In this document: piece after piece, positions 21,866 through 31,080 of the stretch | Numbering within the stretch: position 1 is the first letter of the stretch | Layout: every line of letters starts with the position of its first letter | IMG/VR virus record: IMGVR_UViG_3300030085_002431 | Span: 186,001 to 250,000 of that record | Length of the DNA: 64,000 nt | Strand: one strand, 5' to 3' | Position numbers and translations under genes: made by a program | Notes under the pieces: generated by a model | Told to the model about the DNA's origin: nothing | What the model saw: only the letters and a program-made list of their open reading frames with translations | The model's database searches: none

Positions 21866-21922
21866 GTGCCAATTTTAAAGGTGTCTACCAAACCACCCAC
21901 GCACCACCAAATGCCCTATACT
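21866..21922 (+). promoter_or_regulatory. Palindrome-linked early promoter (copy 2)
   Basis: GTGCCA-N10-TGTCTA, C-rich spacer, TATACT. Confidence 0.65.
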
Positions 21923-21948
21923 ACTAAGGTATTCAACGGACAGACCCG

Positions 21949-24081
21949 ATGGCAGTTAATCTTGAAGTCAAAGGTTCCCTGGCAAAGTGCCTGGCAACTG
22001 AAAACCTCATCATTGAACATAAGAAAGTTCCTACTGCATCTTTCGATGTTGACCGTCGTGTGCTGACTCTCCCTAACTGGGACCGAGCATCTGCAACTGT
22101 CTATGACCTTCTTGTTGGTCATGAAGTCGGTCATGCTTTGTTTACTGACAATGTTGACTGGACTGTTGAATACCCTGATGTTCCCAAAGATTTTGTGAAT
22201 GTCCTTGAAGATGTTCGTGTCGAACGTCTTATGAAGAAAAAGTTTGCTGGTCTTTCCAGAACTTTTTACAATGGATACAATGAACTGAATGATGAGGACT
22301 TCTTCTCTACTCGGGATGAAGACCTTGACAAGTGTTCTTTCATTGACCGTATCAATCTGTATTTCAAGATTGGTGCGTTCCATAACATTGCATTCTCCGA
22401 TGAAGAGAATGAATTCCTCACCCGTGCATCTCAGACAGAATCTTTTGATGATGTACTGCGTCTGTCCAAGGATGTTACTGACTTTGTAAAAGCAACAAAG
22501 CAGGAACCGATGCAATCTCCCCTCCCTCAGCAGGGACAGGGAGAGGAAGGTGAGGATGAGGAGCAGGACTCCCCTGAAACCTCCCCTGAGGGGTCTCAGG
22601 CACCCCAGGAGGACGGTCAGCAGGAACCCGTCAAGAACGGCAGCATCCCTGAGGAGAAGCAATCATCTCCTGGTGGTGGTGGCAGTCAACAGCAGGACAA
22701 TGAACTTGAGTCTAAAACTCAAGATTCTTTTGATGAGCAACTTGAAAGTCTCACTAACAAATACAGAAGTGAGGATACTTATTATGTTGAACTTCCTACC
22801 TTTGACCTGGATAAACTGATTATCACTAATGAGTATATTCATAACTACTGCGATAACTGGTATGAAAGTGCCGAAGAAAATCGTTCTTGGGTTGGTGAAG
22901 GTACTAAGATTGCCATGCGTCAGTATGCTACCTTCAAAAAATCTGCTCAGAAGGAAGTCAACTACATGGTGAAAGAGTTCGAGTGCCGTAAGTCTGCTGA
23001 CCAGTATGCTCGTTCCTCCACTGCTCGTACTGGTGTCCTTGATACAGCAAAACTTCACACTTACAAGTACAATGAAGACCTCTTCAAGAAAGTCTCTGTT
23101 GTTCCTGATGGCAAGAATCACGGTCTGATTTTCATCATTGACTGGTCTGGTTCTATGTGCAACTTTATCTTGGATGCATATAAGCAACTTTGCAGTCTGA
23201 TGTGGTTCTGTAAGAAAGTGAATATTCCTTTCGAGGTGTATGCTTTCACTCTTGAACCTTCTGCTTACATTGAGACACAACCTAACCACCCAGATACTTA
23301 CAATCGAAAAGAAGGATTGTTGGTTCCCGAATCATCTTTCCGTCTTCTCAATCTGTTTACCAGCAAGGTAAACAATCCTACTCTGGAAAAGCAGATGGGT
23401 ACTGTTTGGAAGACTGTTTACAGTCACCAATATCGTCAGTATGAGTCACCCAACATTCTGGATTTGTCTGGAACTCCTCTGGGAGAAACTATCATGGCTC
23501 TCCATCAGGTGATTCCTGCATTCCAATCTGCTAACAAACTTCAGAAGGTGAATTGTGTCTTCCTTACTGATGGTGAAGGTTATCAAAATGCCATCACTGT
23601 CAAGAAGAAAAGGTTCTATGATGATGAAGAAATCATTGGAACTACTCGTAAACCGCACGTTGCTATCCGCAATCGTAAACTTGGACGTGTTTATCCTGAA
23701 TTTGATTGGAATCATTTCCCAATGTATTCCAAGATTCTTTTGAACACTGTTCGTGATGCATTCCCTTCAGTGAATCTCATCAACTTCCGTATCACTCCTG
23801 CCCGTGAGTTTTCTAACTGCTGGCACTGGTACGGTAACGGTTCCTCCGACCTGTATGAGAAACTGAAAATGGTTTATCGTAAGCAACAGTGTGTGCAATT
23901 TGATGACACTGGTTATGACCAGTTCAATGTCCTTGCTGCATCCGCACTTAACCAAGATGATGAATTCATCGTCAAGGAAAATGCGACCAAGGCACAAATC
24001 AAAAAGAGTTTCACTAAGATGCTCGGAAGCAAGAAAACTAACAAAAAGATTCTTGGTTCCTTCATCGAACTCATTGCCTGA
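21949..24081 (+). CDS. HExxH metallopeptidase-like / vWA (CobT-like) protein, partner of the AAA+ ATPase
   Basis: HEVGH; N.LED.R; acidic linker; MIDAS DWSGSM, GTPL and FLTDGE motifs. Confidence 0.8.
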   Translation: MAVNLEVKGSLAKCLATENLIIEHKKVPTASFDVDRRVLTLPNWDRASATVYDLLVGHEVGHALFTDNVDWTVEYPDVPKDFVNVLEDVRVERLMKKKFAGLSRTFYNGYNELNDEDFFSTRDEDLDKCSFIDRINLYFKIGAFHNIAFSDEENEFLTRASQTESFDDVLRLSKDVTDFVKATKQEPMQSPLPQQGQGEEGEDEEQDSPETSPEGSQAPQEDGQQEPVKNGSIPEEKQSSPGGGGSQQQDNELESKTQDSFDEQLESLTNKYRSEDTYYVELPTFDLDKLIITNEYIHNYCDNWYESAEENRSWVGEGTKIAMRQYATFKKSAQKEVNYMVKEFECRKSADQYARSSTARTGVLDTAKLHTYKYNEDLFKKVSVVPDGKNHGLIFIIDWSGSMCNFILDAYKQLCSLMWFCKKVNIPFEVYAFTLEPSAYIETQPNHPDTYNRKEGLLVPESSFRLLNLFTSKVNNPTLEKQMGTVWKTVYSHQYRQYESPNILDLSGTPLGETIMALHQVIPAFQSANKLQKVNCVFLTDGEGYQNAITVKKKRFYDDEEIIGTTRKPHVAIRNRKLGRVYPEFDWNHFPMYSKILLNTVRDAFPSVNLINFRITPAREFSNCWHWYGNGSSDLYEKLKMVYRKQQCVQFDDTGYDQFNVLAASALNQDDEFIVKENATKAQIKKSFTKMLGSKKTNKKILGSFIELIA

Positions 24082-24147
24082 CCACCTGGGAGGGTGTCCA
24101 CTCGGACCCCTCCACCCCCCTCAGACCTGCTACAATTACTAGGTAAT
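24079..24147 (+). promoter_or_regulatory. Palindrome-linked early promoter (copy 3)
   Basis: TGACCA-N10-TGTCCA, TGcTACAAT, ATTAC-tag-GTAAT. Confidence 0.7.
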
Positions 24148-24160
24148 CAACAGAGAACAC

Positions 24161-25252
24161 ATGACTGACCAAGCACTTGCTCTTCTTAAAGAAAAGTATG
24201 GCACTGAGTTCGGTGCTAATGCTGTGAAAGAAGTTGCTAAGGAATTGAATACTTCTTATGCTACTCTCTCTAAGTATCTGAACCAGTACAAGGTTGGTCG
24301 TGGTAAGTGGTCCCTGGAGCAAACTGTCCAGGAATTGGAAGAAACTCTTGCCTCCTCTGTTCCAACAATGACTTCTGTAGAGCAAAACCTTATCCCTCAG
24401 AAAGATGATTCCTTCGTCCAGTTTGGTAACTTCAGTGATATTAAAAAGGTTATTGCATCCCGCATGTTCTATCCTACGTTCATTACGGGACTCTCTGGAA
24501 ACGGTAAAACGTTCGGTGTGGAACAAGCATGTGCCCAACTCGGACGAGAACTGATTCGTGTGAACATTACAATTGAGACCGATGAAGATGACCTTATTGG
24601 TGGTTTCCGTCTTGTTGATGGTGAAACCGTCTGGCACAATGGCCCAGTCATTGAGGCCCTGCAACGGGGTGCTGTGTTGCTCCTTGACGAAATCGACCTC
24701 GCAAGCAACAAAATTCTCTGTCTTCAATCTATTCTCGAAGGAAAAGGTGTTTTCCTCAAGAAGATTGGCAAGTTCATTGCACCCTCAGAAGGTTTCCAAG
24801 TATTCGCAACCGCAAATACAAAGGGCAAAGGTTCCGACGACGGACGATTCATTGGAACTAACGTGCTCAACGAAGCATTCCTTGAACGATTCCCCGTCAC
24901 CTTTGAGCAGTCTTATCCGACAGTAGCCATTGAGTCTAAAATCTTGACTAAAGTGGCAGAGTCTCTTAACATTCCTATGGTTGGTGAGCACACTGACTTC
25001 ATTAAGCATCTGTGCGATTGGGCAGACATCATCCGCAAGACCTTCTATGATGGTGGTGTTGATGAGGTTATCTCTACCCGTCGTCTTGTTCACATTATCA
25101 AAGCATACTCTATCTTTGGTAAGAAAGACAAAGCAATGAAGGTATGTCTGAATCGTTTCGATGATGAAACCAAAGCAACCTTTGTCGAACTCTATGACAA
25201 GATTGATGCTAACTTTGAAGTCCAGGAAGATGCTCAAGTTCCTGCCAACTGA
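24161..25252 (+). CDS. cobS: CobS/MoxR-type AAA+ ATPase
   Basis: Walker A GLSGNGKT, Walker B LLLDEID, ATANTKG, NEAFLERF, ISTRRL; standard T4-like cyanophage cobS. Confidence 0.85.
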   Translation: MTDQALALLKEKYGTEFGANAVKEVAKELNTSYATLSKYLNQYKVGRGKWSLEQTVQELEETLASSVPTMTSVEQNLIPQKDDSFVQFGNFSDIKKVIASRMFYPTFITGLSGNGKTFGVEQACAQLGRELIRVNITIETDEDDLIGGFRLVDGETVWHNGPVIEALQRGAVLLLDEIDLASNKILCLQSILEGKGVFLKKIGKFIAPSEGFQVFATANTKGKGSDDGRFIGTNVLNEAFLERFPVTFEQSYPTVAIESKILTKVAESLNIPMVGEHTDFIKHLCDWADIIRKTFYDGGVDEVISTRRLVHIIKAYSIFGKKDKAMKVCLNRFDDETKATFVELYDKIDANFEVQEDAQVPAN

Positions 25253-25338
25253 TTAGTCTATCGTGTGGGTTTGCAGGTTTTTCTACAAACCCACATATAT
25301 AGATATGTGTCAAATCCCCCACTACCTTCCACACTCAA

Positions 25339-25479
25339 ATGTCCACGTTACTCTACGAACTAGACGCAGATTCGATTTACGAGCAAATTATTGAGAATTT
25401 TGATGAAGTTCATGATGTAGAAGATGATGATGACTATCGTGAAGATAGAATGGAACAGATGATTTCTCGTCACGGATGA
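25339..25479 (+). CDS. Acidic microprotein (46 aa)
   Basis: MSTLLYELDADSIYEQ...DDDDYRED; below ORF-track cutoff. Confidence 0.55.
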   Translation: MSTLLYELDADSIYEQIIENFDEVHDVEDDDDYREDRMEQMISRHG

Positions 25480-25488
25480 AGGAGAGTC

Positions 25489-25632
25489 ATGCAAACAATT
25501 ATTTCCGAGGAACTAACAAAGCATGATGACCTTGAAGCATTTGCTGAATATCTTGGTATAGATTACGAAGATTTCTATGAAATGCTTGTTTTAGAGAATT
25601 TTTATGAGTATGATTACGACGATTTGTCTTAA
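25489..25632 (+). CDS. Acidic microprotein (47 aa), paralog of 48212-48361
   Basis: SD aggag; TKHDDLEAFAEYLGIDYEDF. Confidence 0.65.
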   Translation: MQTIISEELTKHDDLEAFAEYLGIDYEDFYEMLVLENFYEYDYDDLS

Positions 25633-25680
25633 GAAACATTGCAACTTTGTTGCATCTTGAACACTTTTATCTAAAATACT

Positions 25681-25947
25681 ATGTCTATTTCCGTCATCTA
25701 TGATATCGATTTAGTCGATGAGAACTATGACGAGGACTTCAAGCAGTTCTATGTCAAAGCAATTGTCGAAGATATGGCACTTGATTATATGGGTGACTAT
25801 TGGAACCCACCTGAATATGGACCCGCAGTTTGTGAAGCAAACTTTATCCTGGAGAAAGAGGAACTACTCCCACACGACCCAAACAATCTAATCGAGTTCA
25901 TTGAAGCACTTGAGTTAGATTGGGAAATCGTAAGAGACGACTACTGA
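25681..25947 (+). CDS. Hypothetical acidic protein
   Basis: 88 aa ORF with PPEYGPA motif. Confidence 0.6.
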   Translation: MSISVIYDIDLVDENYDEDFKQFYVKAIVEDMALDYMGDYWNPPEYGPAVCEANFILEKEELLPHDPNNLIEFIEALELDWEIVRDDY

Positions 25948-25955
25948 CTTAACAA

Positions 25956-26156
25956 ATGAAAGACCAAAACACTATTGTCGATACTGAATCCAAACAAGAT
26001 AAATGGAATCGTGGACTAGATTTGTTTATTGAATCGGTCATGAAACCAGACTCTTCACTACGACAATGTGCTCATAATCAAAAGTGTTACCATGAATTGA
26101 TGGATGTTAGGAATGACGTTCTCGATTACTTAAAGACACTAAGATGGAACAATTAA
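25956..26156 (+). CDS. Conserved cyanophage/cyanobacterial small protein
   Basis: KWNRGLDLFIESV.KPD..LRQCAHNQ.CY.EL motif. Confidence 0.65.
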   Translation: MKDQNTIVDTESKQDKWNRGLDLFIESVMKPDSSLRQCAHNQKCYHELMDVRNDVLDYLKTLRWNN

Positions 26157-26395
26157 ACGGTTATTATTACGGTTTACTATTATTCTTTGGAGTTCTATTT
26201 TACATAGTAGGAACTCAACCTAACGCAGCAAGATATGTAGTTCTTGTACAAAAATATGCTGAAACAAAGTATAGAATGACTAAGTGGTGGTTAGTAAATA
26301 ACCCCAGAAATCCAATAGTCAAATACTTTATGTGGAGACGTTCTCTCAAGTTAGCAGAAGAGGTGAGAAAACGTATAGAAGAGAATAATAAATAA
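26144..26395 (+). CDS. Small membrane protein
   Basis: N-terminal hydrophobic helix; overlaps upstream stop. Confidence 0.55.
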   Translation: MEQLNGYYYGLLLFFGVLFYIVGTQPNAARYVVLVQKYAETKYRMTKWWLVNNPRNPIVKYFMWRRSLKLAEEVRKRIEENNK

Positions 26396-26426
26396 ATCGG
26401 AATGACCTTATTCTTTATTTTTTATC

Positions 26427-26624
26427 ATGCATTACAAACCGTATAGCCCTGAATGGCATAGATATAGGTATTTGAAAGAGGCACTGGACAAGTATCTTGA
26501 TGATTATGTTGAGAATGACGTAATCATGGATGATATTCTTGATGTGCTGGAGAGTCGTTCTGATTCAGCATATGCTGAATACAACAAAATTACAGAATTA
26601 GAATCGAAACTGCGAAGAGGGTAA
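26427..26624 (+). CDS. Hypothetical protein
   Basis: MHYKPYSPEWHR; ATAAATA upstream. Confidence 0.6.
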   Translation: MHYKPYSPEWHRYRYLKEALDKYLDDYVENDVIMDDILDVLESRSDSAYAEYNKITELESKLRRG

Positions 26625-26627
26625 GGT

Positions 26628-26939
26628 ATGCTGTCTACGAAGTACAGACTCCGTTTAGAATTTATTTGTAAGAAAATTGCAAATAAAGAAGAAGTTCAAC
26701 TAGAAGATATGATTTGGGCAGAGAAACTTGCCAAATCTCATACCACTGCTAGAGACTGGTTAAACAAAGCACGTCGTCAATCCAACGGGATTGAGGAGGG
26801 TAGTATTGACGATTTTATGAATAGGATGGGATTAGGAGACCCCGACCCTTCCAATCATAAAACGGGGTTTGATGGTGCTGATGAAATCGTAGACTGGTTC
26901 CAACGTGATAAACCTGATGATTGGAGGCAACGTGACTGA
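26628..26939 (+). CDS. Conserved cyanophage hypothetical protein
   Basis: MLSTKYRLRLE...PDDWRQRD. Confidence 0.7.
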   Translation: MLSTKYRLRLEFICKKIANKEEVQLEDMIWAEKLAKSHTTARDWLNKARRQSNGIEEGSIDDFMNRMGLGDPDPSNHKTGFDGADEIVDWFQRDKPDDWRQRD

Positions 26940-27135
26940 CGATATTATTGTTAATATGGATGGTGGTGTCGGTGGTTCATGGAATGGAGATGAAGTGACC
27001 AAAATGAATATTGCCAAGAATTTGGTAGAAAAAATTGAAGAACTTTTGGATGGCAAAGCACACTACGTTGAGTGCTGTGACCGTACCACACAACACAACA
27101 AAATTGTAATCGAATATAATCACACGAACAAATGA
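26932..27135 (+). CDS. Hypothetical protein (GTG start)
   Basis: SD ggagg before GTG; overlaps both neighbours. Confidence 0.5.
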   Translation: MTDDIIVNMDGGVGGSWNGDEVTKMNIAKNLVEKIEELLDGKAHYVECCDRTTQHNKIVIEYNHTNK

Positions 27136-27371
27136 TTCAAGCATTAGTTTATGGTAACGGTAGTCAAGAATCTGAAAGAGCAAAGATGGTTCTTGAAGCA
27201 TGTGGTCAGGAGGTAAGAGAGTTCTTCCTTGGTGTCCACTTTAGTGACAAACAGTTTCGTGATGAGTTTGGTAGTGAAGCAGAATATCCACAAGTTTCTA
27301 TTGGTTTAGACCATCGTGGCACTTTGAAAGAAACCCTAAAGTACATGAGTGATAACGGAATGTTCTTATGA
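27132..27371 (+). CDS. Glutaredoxin-like protein (lacks CxxC)
   Basis: F..EFG..A.YPQV.I...H.G fold motif; active-site position reads SQES. Confidence 0.65.
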   Translation: MIQALVYGNGSQESERAKMVLEACGQEVREFFLGVHFSDKQFRDEFGSEAEYPQVSIGLDHRGTLKETLKYMSDNGMFL

Positions 27372-27565
27372 ACTATGATGAGTTTGTAAGTCGTGATATT
27401 CAATACTATAAAAGCATGGTTATTTTAGTTGACACCAAGATAAAGTATGGTATGAAGTTCACTGATGAAGAACTCATAATAAAAGATTTAATAATGCAAG
27501 TTGAAGAAAATAATAAAATCAACCAATTGAGGAATAAATATGAAAAACTCTGGGAATCAGAGTGA
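27368..27565 (+). CDS. Hypothetical protein
   Basis: ATGA overlap with upstream gene. Confidence 0.55.
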   Translation: MNYDEFVSRDIQYYKSMVILVDTKIKYGMKFTDEELIIKDLIMQVEENNKINQLRNKYEKLWESE

Positions 27566-27619
27566 CACCCTATGAACTGTCCCTTAGTCCTAGACTAGAG
27601 GGCAGTTTTTTGCTATAAT
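27562..27619 (+). promoter_or_regulatory. Palindrome-linked early promoter (copy 4)
   Basis: GTGACA-N10-TGTCCC, TAGACT-17-TATAAT. Confidence 0.75.
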
Positions 27620-27625
27620 GACTGT

Positions 27626-28000
27626 ATGCCCAAGAAAGCAACCCCTGCATCTAAGACAAGTGCAAACAAACGTGCAACTAAATCGACTGCAACAACTTCT
27701 AGTGACCCTAAGTCAAAAGGAACTGGAAGAGCAACCTCTGCTGCTAAGAAAGCACCTGCAAAGAAGAAAAGAGCAACTAAAAGAAAGCAACCAAAACCAA
27801 CTCTAAAGAATCTAAAAGTTTCTGCAGCTGAAGGAAAAAGATTTCCTTGGCCTTCTTTCCCTTACAAGGTTGTTCATAGAGATGGGAAAGATTTGCAGGA
27901 TATAAAGACCTGCTACTTTGAATGCGAAGAGCATATGAAAAAGTATCTTGTTAGATACGGATTCAAGAAAAACGAATACCACATGTTTACCAATGTCTGA
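27626..28000 (+). CDS. Lys/Ala/Thr-rich basic protein
   Basis: Histone-H1-like N-terminus plus FP.K...KTCYFEC.EH domain. Confidence 0.6.
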   Translation: MPKKATPASKTSANKRATKSTATTSSDPKSKGTGRATSAAKKAPAKKKRATKRKQPKPTLKNLKVSAAEGKRFPWPSFPYKVVHRDGKDLQDIKTCYFECEEHMKKYLVRYGFKKNEYHMFTNV

Positions 28001-28307
28001 AACAGAAACTACAACCGAACAAACAATTCACCCAAAATTGAAACAATCACTAGGTCCAAACAATACTGTTGAAAAGGACATTCCAGAAGATGTTGTTTGG
28101 ATTGATGATGCGTTTTATGTCAAGAAAACACGATTCGGTCTTTATACTTCTATCCTAAAGAATCCTCTGGGTGCCAACTTCATTACTGGTGCTACAGAAG
28201 ATGGTGTTATCACAATGACGAGATGGCATCTGATGTGTATTCAGGACGGTTCTATTGATGATTACACTAGAGTTGTAAACAATGGTATTGTCGGTGGCAA
28301 ACTCTAA
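27993..28307 (+). CDS. Conserved cyanophage hypothetical protein
   Basis: WIDDAFYV..TRFGLY...TRWHL...VGGKL. Confidence 0.65.
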   Translation: MSETETTTEQTIHPKLKQSLGPNNTVEKDIPEDVVWIDDAFYVKKTRFGLYTSILKNPLGANFITGATEDGVITMTRWHLMCIQDGSIDDYTRVVNNGIVGGKL

Positions 28308-28432
28308 CAATAATTTGCCGTTGACATTGGCATTCATTGGAGTTATACTGCTGACACTATCAGTAATTCTTGCTGGGTATTTTCATGGTGACATGCATCT
28401 ACTCACTACACTGAAAAATGCAAAGGAGTTTT

Positions 28433-28678
28433 ATGACTAAACGAGAATTTACAGGAAAAGGTGGAGAAACCTGGGAATGGGAAGAAACCCCTGAAGTCGT
28501 TGCAGCAATCAAAAAACTGCATGAGTCATCTAAAGCAGTTCAAGAAATCAACAGCAAACCTAAGTTCAAAGGGAACTATCAAGGTCCACTTTATGCACCT
28601 CATCCTGAGTTAAAAAAACCCAAGAGAATTGTTAATACCCAAAAAGTAGTAATTACAGAAAAGGAAGGTGAAGAATGA
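28433..28678 (+). CDS. Hypothetical protein
   Basis: SD aggag; YQGPLYAPHP motif. Confidence 0.55.
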   Translation: MTKREFTGKGGETWEWEETPEVVAAIKKLHESSKAVQEINSKPKFKGNYQGPLYAPHPELKKPKRIVNTQKVVITEKEGEE

Positions 28679-28926
28679 ATCCAACTAAACCACTAACACC
28701 CGAAGAAGTTGCAGATGCAGCAGAACAATTCTTTCCTCTGTTTGATATTGTGCATCGTCAAATGCCAGAAAATTCAAACGTTGAAGATACTTTGAAAGTT
28801 ATGGAGTCTGTTTGTGGTCTTGCTCATAAACTGAGAATGCAGTCTGATAACGATAAGGCAGGTCCGTTTGGTTTTAATAAAAAGGTAGAAACCGATGAAG
28901 ATTCTTCATCTAACGAAGAAACCTGA
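28675..28926 (+). CDS. Hypothetical protein
   Basis: ATGA overlap; EDTLKVMESV...GPFGF. Confidence 0.6.
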   Translation: MNPTKPLTPEEVADAAEQFFPLFDIVHRQMPENSNVEDTLKVMESVCGLAHKLRMQSDNDKAGPFGFNKKVETDEDSSSNEET

Positions 28927-29476
28927 TTCCTATGATTTCAGAGAATACATCTATGTATGGGATAATTTCCTATCAGATGAATTCTCTGATTTTTTGGATG
29001 AAGAGATTTATATGCATACCAACTGGAGATACTGTAACTGCGTAGATACTCCAGAATGTTCTCATACAATATGGGGTAGAACTTATAAAGATTGGAGACC
29101 AGAGTATATAAATGACCTAACTGAAGTTCTTGAAAGTAAAACTGGTATTCTAATTCCATCTCCAGAATACGTTGGATTGAATGGGCAAACAATGGGAATG
29201 AATGCTTGTTTACATCAAGACTGTGCTTCATTAGAAGCAAACAAAACAGCATCATTTCTTTATTACATTGGTACAGATGATGCAGATGGAGACTTAATCA
29301 TTTACAATAATGAGAGAGAACCTATTGAAAGAATTGAGTTTGTAAAAAACAGAATGGTTCTTTTTGATGGAAGCATTCCACACTCTGCTGATGGACCAAC
29401 GAGTATGACATTACGAATGTCATTAGTGTATAGAGGTTACTATGAAAACAATAACGGGAATGCGAGTAGTAGGTAG
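28895..29476 (+). CDS. 2OG-Fe(II) oxygenase
   Basis: WDNFL; HQD...F..NR.VLFDG.IPH....P.....R.S. Confidence 0.8.
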   Translation: MKILHLTKKPDSYDFREYIYVWDNFLSDEFSDFLDEEIYMHTNWRYCNCVDTPECSHTIWGRTYKDWRPEYINDLTEVLESKTGILIPSPEYVGLNGQTMGMNACLHQDCASLEANKTASFLYYIGTDDADGDLIIYNNEREPIERIEFVKNRMVLFDGSIPHSADGPTSMTLRMSLVYRGYYENNNGNASSR

Positions 29477-29654
29477 CATTGGTGTTATCGTTGCTTACTT
29501 TGTAATTCTCCATGTAAATATTCTAGCAGGTGTAATAATTAATTTTATTGCTGACCTGATTTCAATTCCATACTTTGTAAAAACAAAAGCATGGGATGTT
29601 GTACTAATGCTATCTTTCCTTCTTGCTATTAGCATGAGCAAGTTAATGACATGA
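29442..29654 (+). CDS. Small ~3-TM membrane protein (paralog of next gene)
   Basis: R.VGS...YF...IPYF...K.WDVV. Confidence 0.65.
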   Translation: MKTITGMRVVGSIGVIVAYFVILHVNILAGVIINFIADLISIPYFVKTKAWDVVLMLSFLLAISMSKLMT

Positions 29655-29869
29655 ATGCAAACACCTTAAGAATTGTAGGAAGTGCCAGTCTTTTGATTGG
29701 ATACTTCCTTCTTTTGTATTTGGATGTTAGGATTGGATGTACGTTCCGACTGGTTGGTGGTTGCATGATGATTCCATTTGCAGTTTCAATCAAGACTTGG
29801 GATGTAGTAGGACTACAATCATTCTTTGCAGTGATTGACGCAACAAAAATTATTCAACTATCAATATGA
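29651..29869 (+). CDS. Small ~3-TM membrane protein (paralog of previous gene)
   Basis: R.VGS...YF...IPFA...K.WDVV. Confidence 0.65.
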   Translation: MNANTLRIVGSASLLIGYFLLLYLDVRIGCTFRLVGGCMMIPFAVSIKTWDVVGLQSFFAVIDATKIIQLSI

Positions 29870-30375
29870 CAGACTGGTTAGAACTATACGAAGCACTTCC
29901 AGGTGAAGAACTAGATAAAATTGCAGTTCTTCGGGTTATGGAATGTACCAACGGTATTATTCAGTATGCACACCGAGATGATGCTGATTATAAACTTTCC
30001 ATTGAAGAAACCCGAAAGGCAATGAACTTCAGTATGGGAAGCATCAAGAGGATGACAATCGAACTCACTGATGAAACCATTACCTTTGAACCTGAGACAG
30101 AAATTCTGATGCGTAAAGCACGGGAACTCTACATCAGTGGTGCTAAGAAAGGAAATGATGAGGACTACTCTGAGTTTCTGGCAATCTCTGCTGCTACAGC
30201 AAGAGCATGTGGTTTGGAGAGACTTGTGCAAGCTGTTAAGACTCTCAAAGAAAAGCAGACCGAAATCCCCTCTCGGTGTATAGTATGGGGACTAGAATAC
30301 CTTCTTCAATTTTTTGACGATGAACATATTCGTGACTTCTTCGGATCCAAAGGACTCAGCGACTTATCTTCCTGA
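29866..30375 (+). CDS. Hypothetical protein
   Basis: 169 aa; ATGA overlap. Confidence 0.6.
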   Translation: MTDWLELYEALPGEELDKIAVLRVMECTNGIIQYAHRDDADYKLSIEETRKAMNFSMGSIKRMTIELTDETITFEPETEILMRKARELYISGAKKGNDEDYSEFLAISAATARACGLERLVQAVKTLKEKQTEIPSRCIVWGLEYLLQFFDDEHIRDFFGSKGLSDLSS

Positions 30376-30835
30376 CAAACATATTGTCAAGATGCCGTTG
30401 GAGTGTTGCCAAATGCTTGCGGTCATTGCGTCGGACAGGTGGGGGCATGGGTACGGCACCCTCCCTAAGGCAGACGGAACCCCCTACAGGACCGAGAAGG
30501 GGGCATTCAGGAACCATCCCTGCACTGCCTGGGCACGGGACACCGTGGACAATGCCTGGTGGATGCTGATGTGGGGTCTGCACCTCTGCGATGAGTACAA
30601 GCATAGATATAACAAGACTCACTCTTGTTACAATACTTTACTTCATGCTCAAAATATCTTCCCAAATGGTAATATAACTAAAGTAACTCCCTTTGCACGG
30701 GCAATGCCTGATGAATATAAATTTGACTCAAGCATTGATACTTTTACTGCTTACAAGAATTACATTAGCAGCAAACCTTGGGTTGCATCTAATTATCTTC
30801 GTGACCCATCCAGAAAACCAGATTGGGTAAATTAA
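30320..30835 (+). CDS. Pyrimidine-dimer DNA glycosylase (DenV)-like family protein
   Basis: MNIF...DKHIVKMPLE..QML...NHPC..W...LC.EY..RY.K.H...AMPDEYK. Confidence 0.7.
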   Translation: MNIFVTSSDPKDSATYLPDKHIVKMPLECCQMLAVIASDRWGHGYGTLPKADGTPYRTEKGAFRNHPCTAWARDTVDNAWWMLMWGLHLCDEYKHRYNKTHSCYNTLLHAQNIFPNGNITKVTPFARAMPDEYKFDSSIDTFTAYKNYISSKPWVASNYLRDPSRKPDWVN

Positions 30836-31080
30836 TGCGTAACTTAATACGAGAGTTCTTTAAACCATCAGAGGATAAAATTTTGGCAAATCAGAATGCT
30901 TTTTACCTTGCAGACAAGGTAATTGAACTTCAAGAACAAGTTGCATTATTAAAAGAGGAGAATTCTTCATTGCGAGAAGAATTGTCAGAAGTTGAACGCA
31001 AACTTAACGCCATACAACCTGTGGTGTATAATATAACAAGTAGAGAGGACCTCTCAAATTATACCTTAGGAGACAAATGA
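30835..31080 (+). CDS. Coiled-coil hypothetical protein
   Basis: TAATG overlap; heptad pattern. Confidence 0.5.
   Translation: MRNLIREFFKPSEDKILANQNAFYLADKVIELQEQVALLKEENSSLREELSEVERKLNAIQPVVYNITSREDLSNYTLGDK

Noticed and set aside
24161-25252. cobS as evidence of phage cobalamin synthesis
   Set aside because: No cobN or other cob genes are present; the motifs fit a generic MoxR-type AAA+ with a vWA partner.
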